DNA of 64,000 nt, from positions 8,124,001 through 8,188,000 of the forward strand of contig NC_087249.1 in assembly GCF_037042905.1 (NCBI RefSeq), read 5' to 3'. Positions 49,826-63,397 of the stretch are shown piece by piece. This stretch comes from Lytechinus pictus. Lineage: Eukaryota. The position numbers were made by a program, and so were the translations under genes. Below the pieces are notes generated by a model. The model saw nothing but the letters and a program-made list of their open reading frames with translations. It had not been told where the DNA came from and did no database searches. The stretch's first letter is position 1, and each line of letters begins with the position of its first letter.

Positions 49826-50342
49826 TATATATGATGTTGCTTTTCTTGGCAATGCCCTCCGTTCAGTTAATTTATCTTCTTTTTGTTATAAAATGTCATT
49901 GAATATGTTGTTTTGAATATGTACTATGACTTTGATTATATATATATATATACATGTATATACTTTTTTCCCCCCTTCCACAGGGTTCTTTATTTTCAAA
50001 AAGGCATGGTATAAACATTTACAATTTTTCCGACAAACATTAAATAAACATGGTATATACATAATTCATAATAAAAATACATAGACATGTAGTTAAACTG
50101 ACTTATTGTACAATCAAGTTGTCACAGCCAAAGCAAATTTGGCAAGAAAAAAGGGGTATGATACATATAACTAAGAATAAACACTGCATGGTAATAATTG
50201 TGTTAATGTGACAGATTATATTGGTTTATTTTGTTGAACGGAAATAGATAAATCTAAATCTATAAAGTACATCTTGCCGAGGTACAGTTATGCACTAAGC
50301 GCTAACAAAGTTTATAATCATACTTCATCTCTTTCATTAAAG

Positions 50343-50399
50343 GAATACGAAGACTTTGTTGAGGGGTCACGGGAACATGGTTTCATCATATTCTCATTG
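50343..50399 (+). CDS. UGT coding exon 2
   Basis: taaag acceptor, TTG|gtaaga donor; EYEDFVEGSREHGFIIFSL. Confidence 0.9.
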
Positions 50400-50794
50400 G
50401 TAAGATTGTACGAAGAATCCAAAATAAAATTTGAAAATGCCTATTTCTTAACTTGCTCCAATAATTGTGACTGGTTCAATGTTGATAAAAGGGCTGTTGG
50501 TAAAATGTTGGATTTGTTCCCATATTGAGCTAAATTAATTTGCATGCACTCTCAACACATGACCAATTAAATGTCACAAAAATATTGTCAAATATGACTA
50601 AAGGTACCAAACCAACCCCTACATCTCATGTACCTTGGTTCATATTCTAAGAGTATTTGTCAATAAATTTTCAATCGTCAAAATGCAATATTAGAATAAA
50701 CGACTGCAATTGATGTGATTGATACCAAAATACATGTGTTCAAATCCGAATTTCCACCAACAAATTTACAAAGTAAGGCAAAATATGAAACATA

Positions 50795-52250
50795 TATATG
50801 GAAGCTTAAAAACGCCACCCAGATGTTCATAAATTATAATCATCTCGTCATGTCTATATCTCTAAGGGAAAGGGATAAGATGTCGAGATCTCGGATCTCG
50901 TCATGTCTACATCCCGTGGGAGAGATGATCAGATGGCAATATCTCGGATCCAAGATCTTGCCATCTGATCATCTCTTCTAAACGATGTAGACATGACGAG
51001 ATCCGATATCCTGCCTTCTGATCATCTCTTCTAAACGATGTAGACATGACGAGATCCGATATCCTGCCTTCTGATCATCTCTTCTAAACGATGTAGACAT
51101 GACGAGATCCGATATCCTGCCTTCTGATCATCTCTTCTAAACGATGTAGACATGACGAGATCCGATATCTTGCCTTCTGATCATCTCTTCTAAACGATGT
51201 AGACATGACGAGATCCGATAGCTTGCCTTCTGATCATCTCTTTTAAACGATGTAGACATGACGAGATCTGATATCCTGCCTTCTGATCATCTCTTCTAAA
51301 CGATGTAGACATGACGAGGTCCGATAGCTTGCCTTCTGATCATCTCTTCTAAACGATGTAGACATGACGAGATCCGATAGCTTGCCTTCTGATCATCTCT
51401 TCTAAACGATGTAGACATGACGAGATCTGATATCCTGCCTTCTGATCATCTCTTCTAAACGATGTAGACATGACGAAATCCGATAGCTTGCCTTCTGATC
51501 ATCTCTTCTAAACTATGTAGACATGACGAGATCCGATAGCTTGCCTTCTGATCATCTCTTCTAAACGATGTAGACATGACGAGATCCGATATCCTGCCTT
51601 CTGATCATCTCTTCTAAACGATGTAGACATGACGAGATCCGATAGCTTGCCTTCTGATCATCTCTTCTAAACGATGTAGACATGACGAAATCCGATATCC
51701 TGCCTTCTGATCATCTCTTCTAAACGATGTAGACATGACGAAATCCGATAGCTTGCCTTCTGATCATCTCTTCTAAACTATGTAGACATGACGAGATCCG
51801 ATAGCTTGCCTTCTGATCATCTCTTCTAAACGATGTAGACATGACGAGATCCGATATCTTGCCTTCTGATCATCTCTTCTAAACGATGTAGACATGACGA
51901 GATCCGATATCTTGCCTTCTGATCATCTCTTTTAAACGATGTAGACATGACGAGATCCGATATCTTGCCTTCTGATCATCTCTTCTAAACGATGTAGAAA
52001 TTACGAGATCACAGATCTCATCTGATCATCTCTTCTAAACGATGTAGAAATTACGAGATCACAGATCTTATCTGATCGTCTCTTCTAAAAGATGTAGACA
52101 TGACGAGATCCAAGATCTTACCATCTGATCATCCCATTTAAAAGATATAGACATGACAAAGATCTCGTCATCTTATTATTTTCCATAAGAGATGAAGACA
52201 TTACGAGATGATTATATGAACATCTGGTTGGCACTTTTAAGCTTTCATAT
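50795..52250. repeat. 53-bp satellite (~20 units, ~50960-52130) inside a foldback MITE with ~100-bp TIRs
   Basis: Unit AAACGATGTAGACATGACGAGATCCGATATCCTGCCTTCTGATCATCTCTTCT; flanks ATGGAAGCTTAAAA..CAGATGTTCAT / ATGAACATCTGG..TTTTAAGCTTTCAT. Confidence 0.88.
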
Positions 52251-52652
52251 AAACAACATATACATGATAATTAAATTACAATATACATGTATGTCATGCT
52301 TTCTCATATTATGAAGCGGCCCAGTGGATTGGTCTCCGGTCTTTGAAACACAATGTCATGGTTTTTATGCTATGTGTTTTTCAATGCATAAAAAGTATAT
52401 ATCTTGTAAATTTTGTTCAGTTCCTAATCTCTTCTGGGCTCCGTAACACGAAGGTTAGCGATTTGCCTCTCATTTGAAAGAGCTCTTTTGATTGGCTTCT
52501 CTAGTCAGTCTATACAGTGCAAAATTGTGCATCTCGATAGGCCATTTCATTTCACGATTAATCGCCTTTGTGCTAGGGGGTCCACATTACTTATAACCAA
52601 CTCCTTGCTTATGTGAATATCTCCGCTACATTATGCTTTCAAACACGTACAG

Positions 52653-52815
52653 GGTAACAACCACAGCATAATGCCGTCACACATGACAGAGATCTTTGCA
52701 CGAGTCTTCAGTGAGCTTCCCCAGAGAGTCATCTGGCGGTATACCGGACCACGCCCTCGTTTCCTTGGTAACAACACCAAACTGGTAGAATGGATGCCTC
52801 AAAATGACCTCCTGG
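52653..52815 (+). CDS. UGT coding exon 3
   Basis: GNNHSIMP..FSELPQRVIWRYTG..LGNNTKLVEWMPQNDLLG; G|gtatgt. Confidence 0.93.
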
Positions 52816-52863
52816 GTATGTCAAACTAGATACTTGTCAAGCTGGTCGCATGCATGGCCCTGG

Positions 52864-54472
52864 CAGTGGCGTAACAGGCGGGGGGCCGGGGCAGGGAGCA
52901 AGCTGCCCCCCCCCCCTGGCGGATTTCACCGGGAAAATAAAAAAACGGGGAAAAAAAGAAAAGGGAGGGAGAAAGAAAGAAAGGGAAAGGGGAAGAAAAG
53001 GGGAAAAGGAAAGGAGGAAAAGGAAAGGGAAAAGTGAAATAAAACGAAGAAAAAATATATACTTTTTTAATGGAAAAGGAAGAAAAGCGGGAAAAGGAAC
53101 GAAAGAACATTTGAGAAAGAACAAATCATTCCGAAATAGCCCTATGTAATACAATAGCATGATGGGTATTTAAAAGATGACAAAATGGCAAACAATAGCG
53201 GGAAATGAAGGTAGAATGGAATTTGTCAAAGCTAAATTGGAAAACAAAGAAAAGGGACAAGAAAAATGAATTAATAACATGACCGGGCTCCCGAGGATAG
53301 AAAATAAAGAGCGGGAAGAAAGATGGACTGCATTTTGCTATAAACTTGCTAAATTTTATGCAAATAAGCTACCGGGGCTTTGCCCCAGACCCCACGCAGT
53401 AGGGGCTCAAATGGCTCTATAACGCCCCCCCCCTGCATGTAGGGACCCTTCCTACATTAAGCTTTACGTTCCATCACTGGCGTACAGGCCCGGGGGGGGG
53501 GTCTTGATTCCACACCCAAGAGGAAATAAAGAAATTATGGGAGACAAATATGTATGATGAAATGAATGGAAACAATGAAATGTGTTATTTGCTGAATATA
53601 ATGGAAAAATCTATCACATAATTAGAATTTAATTTCAATAGGCATTTTTTCCAGCTCGCTTTGCTCGTTGGCGACTTTTTACAAATTTTTCCACATTTCT
53701 ATGCTTTGCCCCCTCAAAATTTTTGGTTCAACTGGGTTGAATAAATGTGTTGTGTAAAAGCTATATTTTGTATATACACGCGATTTGATTAAATATAGCG
53801 ACAATCTGCGAGGTTTAAATGGCTTAATTTATATCAAGAAGTTCCGAGGGCTCCAGCCGGACCCCAACCGCATAGCACTGCCGTATATTAGTATGGAAGG
53901 GTTGGGCCATGGTCCCCAAAATTTCTACAACCAAGAAAAAAGGAGGAAAGAAAAGCAAAGTAAAAGTGTAGGATATGATATCATTTACTGAATATAATGT
54001 CAAAAAATATCTCCAAGTTAGATTCTCATGAAAAGGTGATTTTTTTTCTCGCTCGCTTCGCTCGCTCGGGACTTATATCAAGCAGCTTTTTAGCACATGC
54101 GCCATACTGCGCCTCTCGTTTTTTTTTTACTATTCACGCTACTGTTGTAAAGAAGCCTGTTCACAGTGGCGTACAGACCACAAATAAGGATTGGAAAGAG
54201 AGAAGAGTGAAATAAATTATTCTCTGGATATCGTGTCAAAATCTATCATAAAATTTGATTTTTTTTACAAAAACTTCAAAATTTTTGCTCGCTCCCTTCG
54301 CTCGCTTGCAACTTAAAAAAAAATGATAAATTCTACCTGATACGCAATATCTGGCCCTCTCAAAATAGTCGCCTCGTTACACCATTACGCCTGTTCATAC
54401 CATGATATGACCGGGAAAGTTTTTGGCTCTTGCCCCCCCCCCCCCTGGTCACTGACCCCTGTTAGGCCGCTG
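52864..54472. mobile_element. hAT-like non-autonomous element (TSD GGCCCTGG) nested in a smaller hAT-like MITE (~52849-54757, TSD GCTGGTCG)
   Basis: TIR CAGTGGCGTAACAGG / CCTGTTAGGCCGCTG; 8-bp duplications read directly. Confidence 0.8.
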
Positions 54473-54822
54473 GGCCCTGGGAAGCGGGGGTGCTGAAGCA
54501 CCCCAAGATTTTCATGGGGATGCTGCGTGTGTTAATAAGGCAGCATCCCCTGCAACTCTGGTAGGTGTGGCAAAATGTAGAAATATAAACAAAGTGACCA
54601 ACATTTTGTAGTGAAACCATTATTTTTTTTTTTTTTTTGCTTGCCAAATTTCTCTGGGCCAAAATTACATTCACTTCGTAGTGACACCCCCCTTTTTTTT
54701 TTGCTTGTCAAATTTGCATCAACACCCCCTGTAAAAAAAATCGTTCCCATGGCCCTGGCTGGTCGGCATCGGTTTCAATGAGCATTGAAATTAAGGTAAA
54801 ATATATACATTTTAAGTATAGG

Positions 54823-55065
54823 CACGCTGCAAAAACGCCGGTGTTGATTTAACACCAGCCCGGAATCTATTTATGTCCACACCAGAGAAGTGTTAAACAA
54901 CACCAGTTTCGTTTTGGTCTAACACCAGATAGGTGTTTATACAACACCAATTAGTATTAAAACAGCATCGGTTTGATTTCAAACTGGTGTTGTTTTAATA
55001 CTTCTCTGATGTGGACATAATAGATTCGGGGCTGGTGTTAAATCAACACCTGAGTTTTTGCAGTG
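54823..55065. mobile_element. Palindromic MITE with CAC ends and AACACC subrepeats (CMC-like)
   Basis: CTGCAAAAAC..GGTGTTGATTTAACACCAGCCC / GGGCTGGTGTTAAATCAACACC..GTTTTTGCAG. Confidence 0.7.
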
Positions 55066-55486
55066 CATAGGAAAAGTGTCAACCCAATCCAACACAGTTA
55101 AGGGACGTGCGACTTGTGGGCCAGTGGGGAGGGGGGGGGGGGTCAGTGGATCTTTACCTCCCTTTCTCGCTTTGTGCCCTTATCAAAATACTTTACTATT
55201 CTTTATGAAGGGAATTAGGATGTTCTGGCGGATTTCTTTCTCATTACATATAAACTTTTCTTTCTTCCTCCTTTTTTTTTACTAGTACCAAAAATATACC
55301 TTTCAGTAAGCATTGTAGACGTTCCACTGGATCAAAATGTGTTCATATACATTTTTCCAATTAATGTGCTAATATGAGAAGAAAAAGAGGAAACATATCT
55401 TTTAATTTGGAAAGAAAAATATCACCACGTAACGTTTACACCTTTATAAAATATAAATTATCGTTTGGTATGATTGAATAATGTAG

Positions 55487-55706
55487 GTCACCCGAAAGCA
55501 CGACTTATGGTATACCACGGAGGTCTAACTGGGATTTTTGAAGCCATTAACCACGGTGTACCGATGGTTGTAATGCCATTGTTAGGTGACCAGGAAGCCA
55601 ACGCTGTTAAGGTCAAAGCCAAGGGCATGGGAAGACTTCTCCCAAAAAACTCCATCACATACGAGACCGTAAAGGAAGCGATTACGGATGTACTTGAAAA
55701 TCCACG
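55487..55706 (+). CDS. UGT coding exon 4 (UGT signature, 220 bp)
   Basis: HPKARLMVYHGGLTGIFEAINHGVPMVVMPLLGDQ; CG|gtaagt. Confidence 0.95.
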
Positions 55707-56299
55707 GTAAGTAAGGTTATCACAATAACGCACTGGCGCATAGATGCGGGGGGGGGGTTTAATTGGTGGCCATCCCCCCCCCCTTCCCGGGTCCACGACA
55801 AAGAAACACTAAAGAAAACATAAATAAAAGGAAAGGAAATAAGGAAATAGTGCAAAATATGATATTATTTTAAGAGGTGTATTTTCAAAATCTATCACCC
55901 AAATAAATCTTTTTGTATTTTAAAAATGTCAATAATTAATTTTGCCTGCTCGCTTTACTCATTCGTGACTTTTTAGAAAGTGTATCCTGTGCACTACTTC
56001 TCCCCCTCGAAGTTTTGTTTTGGGCTAATTATGCTATAAATATTCATAACTAGTAAGAACGTTGAGTCGTCTCAAGAAACTTAATTGTACTATCCCTATT
56101 GCACATAAAGCGTAACTATACAAGGGCATTGTAATTCAACTCAATATGTATTTGGGCAAAGGACTTTATTTTTGGATTGAACGTAATTGAACGTAATGAA
56201 CGCAGCACCCCAGAAAAATATTGGGGGCCATGAAACATAGACAGGAATAATTTATGAATAAAAGCAATATGGATGCATCCGGTTTCATTTTTTTTTTAG

Positions 56300-56573
56300 G
56301 TACAGCGAAAATATTCGCAAATCCTCAAGGATTTACAGAGACATGCAGTCTGATCCAGATGATGTAGTGGTCTACTGGGTTGAACACATCCTCAAATTTG
56401 GAGGGTCACACCTGAGATCCAGAGCCTTGGAGCTCAACTTCATTCAGCTTCATTCCCTCGACGTCCTCGCTTTCATCGTCGGGATCGTACTCGTTATCGT
56501 CTTCCTTCTCTTTTCATGTTGTAAACGATGTGTCTCACGATGCTTGAAAACTAGAAAATCTAAAGTGGAATGA
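56300..56573 (+). CDS. UGT terminal exon (TM helix + dilysine ER-retrieval tail)
   Basis: YWVEHILKFGGSHLR..LNFIQLHSLDV, hydrophobic TM, ..RKSKVE*; total CDS 1572 nt = 523 aa. Confidence 0.95.
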
Positions 56574-56926
56574 TTTTCAGTTGTCAATGATGGTGGTGAA
56601 AAAGAAGTTAAAGTCGACGGACAAAAATGAAAACAGAGACAGACAATATTGAGACATGTTTTCTTTTTAATAATTGTTTTCATTTAAATTATTTTCAAAT
56701 TCATTTCAAAGTCTTGAAGGGTTGATAGATCAGCTTACGCTCTATTATTATTGTCGTGTGTGTTTAGATCTTTTCATTCGTCTCTTCTTGCTATTTCTAT
56801 CAAGATGAAGAAGGGAAGAGGAAAAGAAGAAAGAAAGAATATAACGAAAAGGTATAGTAGATGGAGATGAAAAATATGAAAATGAAGTGGTGTTCTTAAA
56901 TGAGTCGAGATAGTACTAACAAGACC

Positions 56927-57193
56927 AGGGGCCCGTCTTACAAAGATTTGCGATTGATCTGATCTATCGCAACTATGAAAAGCCAACGTCAACATCTAAA
57001 ATACATTTTTGTTCAAATTAATTACTAGAAATGATGTACATTCATACATTATCTGTTTTCATGACAATTCAGTATGCTTCTTTTTGTTTTCAAAGGATAT
57101 CAAATCTCCGAAAGAAAAAATTATGACATTGTTGGATTTCCATAGAGTTACGGTTGATCAGATCAATCATAACTCTTTGTAAGACGGTGCCCT
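56927..57193. mobile_element. MITE (copy at ~22935-23316)
   Basis: GGGCCCGTCTTACAAAGA / TCTTTGTAAGACGGTGCCC. Confidence 0.7.
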
Positions 57194-57327
57194 GGTCCAT
57201 ATAAACCAGCATTTTTTTTATTGATTCACTTGTACCGCTTTCATACTGACAGCCGAAATGGAGTTACGCCACTTTGGAGGGAAGTATGAAAATTCTAGGA
57301 TTATTTCTATCCGGATTCGAGGCGATG

Positions 57328-58862
57328 CAGCGGCGTAACAGGGGTCGGTGGCCAGGGGGGGGGGGGGGGGGCAAGAGCCAAAAATTTCCCGGTCATATAA
57401 TGGAACAGGCAATGGCGTCATAAGGCAAACATTTTGAGGGGGCGATATGGCGTATCGGGCAAATATATATATATAAGCGAGCGAAGCGAGCGAGCAAAAA
57501 AATTTTGACATTTTTAATGCAAAAATCAAATTTTGTGATAGATTTTGACATAATGTTAAAAAGATGATATCATATTCACCCTCCTCTCTTTCCTTTTTTC
57601 TCTCTTTTTTGTACGCCACGGTGAACAGGATTTTTGTTATGATTGTGAGCATCAGGGCGAAGCTCTATATGCTCGAGGGGGCCGAGTATGGCGCTTCTGG
57701 CAAGAAGAAGCTTAATATAGGTCCCGAGCGAGCGAAGCGAGCGAGATAAAAAAAAAAAGATGAGAATCTAACATGAAGATACATTTTAACGTGATATTCA
57801 GACAAATATAATACACTTTCCTTTCTTTCCTCATTTTTTTGTTTTGTTGTAGAACTTTTGGGGGCCATGGTCCAAACTCATCCATATAACAGTGCTTTAT
57901 GGGTGGGGTCCAGGGCAGAGCCCCGGAACTTCTTGATATCAAAGCCATTTTAAACCTTACAGATGGCCACTTATTTTAATCTAATTGCGAGTATATTTAT
58001 ATAGCTTTAACACAACACATAAATTCAATGCAGTTGTGTATCGTAATCATCAAATATTGTAAAAAGTCGCCAGCGAGCGAAGCGAGCCAGAAAAAAAAGG
58101 CCTGTTCAAATGAAATTCTAATTATGTGATAGATTTTTACATCATTATAGCAAATATCATGTCATATATTTTTTTTCATTCATTTCATTTCGTTGCCTCC
58201 TTTATTTTTTTTTATTTCCCCTTGGCTGTGGAACCACCCCCGGTACGCCAGTGCTTCAACGTAAAGCTTAATGCAGGAAGGGTCCATATAGGGGCCGTTA
58301 TAGAACCCATTAAAGGTTACAGATGAAGAGCCCCCACTGCACGGGGTCTTGACTCTTGGACAGAGCCTTTGGAGATTTAGTTTATGATAGACTTTCATAC
58401 GACATTTATGCTATATACCATCCATTTTTTTTCTTCTCGCTCGTTATCTCAATCCTCGGCAGCCCGGTAGTGTACGTTATCTTGTCCCTATTCTTTATTT
58501 TCCAATTTAGATTTTGGCTAATTCCATTCTGCCTTTATTTCCCGCTTTTGTTTGCCTTTTTGTCATCTTTAATTTATTTCCCTGTCTTACTAATCATGCC
58601 AATGTATTTGTATATCGGGGCGAATTGTTCTTTCTCACTTGTTCTTTTTTCCTTCCTTTTTCTCATTATCTTTCCGTTTTCCCTTTTTTGTTTTTTCTTA
58701 GTTTTCTTTTCCCTTTCCCCTTCCCCTTTTTTCTTTCCTTTCCTTTTCTTCCCCCTTTTTTTTCTTTTTCCCGTTTTTTTCCCCCGGTGAGCTCCGCCAG
58801 GGGGGGGGGGGGGCAGCTTGCCCCCCCCCCCTGCCCCCCCCCCCCCGCCTGTTACGCCACTG
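57328..58862. mobile_element. hAT-like element, inverted relative of 52864-54472
   Basis: TIR CAGCGGCGTAACAGG / CCTGTTACGCCACTG; TSD AGGCGATG / AGGCGAAG. Confidence 0.82.
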
Positions 58863-59234
58863 AGGCGAAGGTCCGCACCGGAAGTGCGGTATTGTCTATC
58901 TCGCGCGTATTTGGTCCCGCGTATTTCTGCATAATGGGGGAGATTCCGCGCGCCACATTTATGACGCGAACTCGCTTGGAAACGACTGCGGATACACCGC
59001 TGCTGCCAGTTTGAAAAGTGGTTGTAATGTCGGTCCGCTGTACAAGCGTATCAACTAAATCCAAAGTTACTCTGGTGTAACTCCACTTTGCCTTCAATAT
59101 GAAAACAGCTTTGGATGTTCGAAGATTTTGATCTCTATACGAGCTGTATAACATTCGGATATGCCCGCTCGAAGTAAATTTTGTACAATTTATGGAAACC
59201 TTAACAAAATGTGAAACCATTATCTCATGGGGTT

Positions 59235-59620
59235 TATTTCCAATTGGTCTAATGCCGGGTCTAATGCCAATTCCTCTAATTACCAACTCGTCTACTATCA
59301 TTTGGTCTATCATCCATTCGTCCACTATCCACATGGTATAATTGCCATTTTGTCCATCTCACTATTTCGTCTAATAACCAGTTGGTCCAGTAGTCATACC
59401 ATTTGGTCTAATTAGACTGAGTGTTAATTGGGCAAATAAATGAAAATAAAACGGATATTAGACCAACTGATTATTAGACGAAATGGTCATATACGAACTG
59501 GTGATTAGACGAAGTGATGATTAGATCAAATGGTTATTAGACCCTTGTTAGACGAAATGTTGATGGACGGAATGGCATTAGACTAAATGAAAGTAGATGT
59601 GGTGAGTGGATGCAATTTAC
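59235..59620. mobile_element. Foldback MITE made of ~15-bp GTCTAA/TTAGAC repeats
   Basis: Left half (G)GTCTA units, right half TAGAC units, mirror point ~59412. Confidence 0.6.
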
Positions 59621-60069
59621 CTTTCATGGATAGGGTTAGGGTTTATAGATGAAGATCAGTCTCGGCCAGGCACATTATTCCGCTTAATGAATTTCTATTC
59701 TAAAAAAGAGGGGGAATCAAAGTGAGTATGTGGGTGTGTGTGGTGTATTTGCGTGTGTTGGTGGGTGTTTGCGAAGGGTTTGCGTGTGAGGGGCACTAGC
59801 GTACCTACGGGGGGGGGGGGGCAGAGGGGGCAGTCTGCCCCCCTGACGAGCCACAACCCATATCCCTGCCCCCCTGACGAGCTTGAAAGACCTTTTTTGC
59901 CCCCCCCCCCCTGACGAGCTTGAAGACCTTTATTGCTGCCCCTGACGAGCTTGAAGCTCTTTTTTTTTTTTTTTTTTTTTTTTTGCTTGTCAATTTTTTT
60001 TTTAAAGAGAAAATCCTAGGTACGCCATTGGTGAGGGGGGGGGGCAAATTCATCACAAAATTTACACAA

Positions 60070-60920
60070 ATGAAGAGTTTAGTTGCAAAAGGGGTTAGGT
60101 CAACTTTGGACCATTCCAAGAAAAACCATGTTTTTTATTCTCACTTATTGCAATATTCTTATGAGAAACCATGTTTGCTAGTAGGTCCATGGAGAAACTA
60201 AATTGTCATGATGTACTACCTTATCATGTGAACATCAAATTGGGTATAAAAGAAATCTACCTGTCTTCAATTTTTTTCTACACATTTAAAAAAAATTATC
60301 ATTGTGGACCTAACCCCTTTTGCAAGCAAACTGAAATGAATCCAATCTCTTTTGATTAAAAAAGTGATTTTTCTCTGCCACTTTCATTCACGTTTTCATT
60401 TGAATTTCAAACTTTCTTTGGTATCATCAGAGTGACTAAACATTTAGAGGTTTAGAGACAGAAAACAATAAAATTTATGAAAAATGGACCTAACCCCTTT
60501 TGAGAAATGAGTTCTTCAGAACAGTTTAGTTGCAAAAGGGGTAAGGTCCACTCCAAGAAAATAATTTTTTTAATTCTCCCATATTGCAATATTTTTATGC
60601 GAAACTGAATTTTCATGAAACTCTACCATAAGAACATAAAATTGGGTATAAAAGAAATCTACCTGTCTTCATATTTTTTAAGATATTCTTTTCCAAAAAA
60701 ATATAGGTGGACCTAACCCCTTTTGCAACTAAACTGAAATGGACCTAACCCCTTTTGAAAAAAAAAGGGATTTTTCTTTGCCATTTTAGTTCACTTTTTA
60801 ATAGGAATTTCAACTTTTCTTTGGAATCATCTTATAGAGCTACTAAAATGTATACATTGAGACATAAAAATCAAATTTGATGAAAAATTGACCTAACCGC
60901 TTTTGCAAGTGAGCTCTTCA
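60070..60920. mobile_element. Tandem dimer of a MITE with GAAGAG..TTGCAAAAGGGGTTAGGTC ends
   Basis: Terminal motif recurs in both orientations (60072, 60307, 60486, 60525, 60709, 60890). Confidence 0.6.
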
Positions 60921-61396
60921 AATATAGATCCCTGTTTGTTAACTACGGATGCAATAGTTATCATTTCCTTTCCTTAAAAGTATATATGTTTTATTAATTT
61001 TCTTATTTCAGTACTTTATACTTATTTTCTTTCGTATTTCTTTCTCATTTTAACATTTTTTCCGAGTCCGAATATTACTGCTAGTAGAGTTAAATAATAA
61101 TTAGGTAACTATTCACGTAACGGTGTCGATTGAAATATCTTCATAATCTTTGAATTAAACTTGAACAAACTAAACATCTGATTTAATTCGTCATTTTTCG
61201 TGTCAAGTTGAAAATGCATCATACCTTAGGATATATGATTTGTAGATAGCCATAGCATACTGGGCAAATTTAATCAAGAGCATGACCAAAGTAAACTTCC
61301 AAGACAAATATCAAGCGTGTTTATTCCACCGTTTCGATCAAAGTCTAAGATGTATGCACTTTAACAATCTTAAAGTGAAAAGCCTATATATGTATT

Positions 61397-61433
<37 letters not shown>

Positions 61434-61438
61434 GTATT

Positions 61439-61470
<32 letters not shown>

Positions 61471-61472
<2 letters not shown>

Positions 61473-61647
61473 GTGAAACCTGTCTGTAGTGACAACCCAA
61501 GGGAAACACAAAATATGGCCTTTATAGGTGCAGGTGGCTGCTATAAACAGGTTCTTATACACACAATCTTCCTCCATTGGAATCGGTTTTAGTGGTCCCT
61601 ATAGGCAGGTGGCCACTATAGACAGGTGGCCACTAACACAGGTTTGA

Positions 61648-61650
<3 letters not shown>
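61471..61650. mobile_element. Tc1/pogo-type MITE inserted in (TA)n
   Basis: TA|CAGTGAAACCTGT ... ACAGGTTTGACTG|TA. Confidence 0.8.
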
Positions 61651-61700
<50 letters not shown>

Positions 61701-61703
61701 AGG

Positions 61704-61770
<67 letters not shown>

Positions 61771-62411
61771 AATCACAATTAACATGATTAAGGTTTAGTA
61801 AATGCCATGGAAATAAAATTGTAGATTTTAAAAGGAGCATAGCTCTCAAAAATGAAAGGTAAAGTCACACTCTTCGTCAGTGCCCATGATGTGACTAAAA
61901 AGATAATTCAAAATCCGTTTCTGAAACAGTCGTGAAAAACACGTCTGTTCATGGGCATACGGATTGTGAAACTCACCTTTCAAAGAATCAATGCGCTGAA
62001 GATGGAGGAAGCGCACTGTAAAAGACGCATATAAAGACGCGTTACCATGACTGCAAGATGACAATGGCGAATTTCCGGCTCCAAAACAGGAAGATCTGAA
62101 AAGGGCCTCACCGCCAACAGTCCAAGTTTAGCAGTAAAAAAGTACCTGAGTATATTAAAAATAGTCTGCTTCGGCATATGGAATAAAGTAATCACAATAA
62201 AGGTTTAGTAAATGCCGCGGAAATAAAATCTTTGATTTTAAATGGAGCATAGCTCTCAAAAATGAAAAATGTGACTTTACCTTTCATTTTTGAGAGCTAT
62301 GCTCCTTTTAAAATCTGCGATTTTATTTCCACGGCATTTACTAAACCTTAATTGTGATTACTTTATTCCATATGCCGAAGCAGACTATTTTTATTTTACT
62401 CAGGTACTTTT

Positions 62412-62490
<79 letters not shown>

Positions 62491-63279
62491 CAGTGCGTCC
62501 CACAAAAAACGAAACCGAGATTTATCGATGATTTATCATAACTTAATCACAAATACAATAGACAAGTGACCTACCATTGTAAAGTTTAGAATCCCCTCTT
62601 TCATCTGAAATTACTTAGATTATCCCTCATTTACGCACGAGTGAGCAAAAACAATTTGAAGAAAGGATACCAAAAACTCGTTTGGCGGGGGGTATCTGAA
62701 TAAAAAATAAAAACATTCCTACAAAGTTCAATATCTGCTCTTTTATTTGATACCTTAATCACATAAATGGTCAAGAAGTAAAAAAAGTTCTGTTCCCTTG
62801 AAACAATGCTTGTATTTCCATAATTACATTAAATAAACGTGTTTTCCCACATAAGACTTAATGCATGGCTGATCGTCAACAAAACGGAGTGTCGAGTGAC
62901 TCGGAACGCTAGCCTGTAAAACCTCTTCATTTTATGAAATTATTGTAATTAAAGCTTTATTTCAAATAAACAGAACTTTGTTATTTCTTGACCATTTTCT
63001 GTAATTGAGGTATCAAATTTAAGAGCAGATATTGAACTTTTTTAAAATGTGGTTTTCTTTTTAAAACCCAAATACATGCCGCTATAAGTGACTTTTTTGG
63101 TATCCCCTCTTCAAATTGTTTTTGCTCACTCATGTGTGAATGAGAAATAATCTAAGTAATTTCAGATGAAAGAGGAAATCCTAAGCTTTACAATGGTAGG
63201 GCACTTGACTATTGTATTTGTGATTAAGTTATGATCAATCATCGATAAATCTCGGTGTCGTTTTTTCTGGGACGCACTG
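62491..63279. mobile_element. Tc1/mariner MITE with long TIRs inserted in (TA)n
   Basis: TA|CAGTGCGTCCCA ... TGGGACGCACTG|TA. Confidence 0.88.
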
Positions 63280-63354
63280 TATATATATATATATATATAT
63301 ATACTTGTAAATAATTCAGCATCAACGCAAGACGTAGCTTCCATGTATCTCTTT

Positions 63355-63397
63355 ATTACAAGCTTTCGGCCAATGGGGCCTTCATCAGGCCTATAAT
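63355..63397 (-). ncRNA. Minimal hammerhead-like ribozyme motif (Penelope-type)
   Basis: Minus strand AUUAUAGGC-CUGAUGA-A-GGCC-CCAUU-GGCC-GAAA-GCUUGUAAU, followed by AAUAAA. Confidence 0.55.

Noticed and set aside
50960..52130. CRISPR-like array
   Set aside because: Head-to-tail 53-bp satellite without spacers
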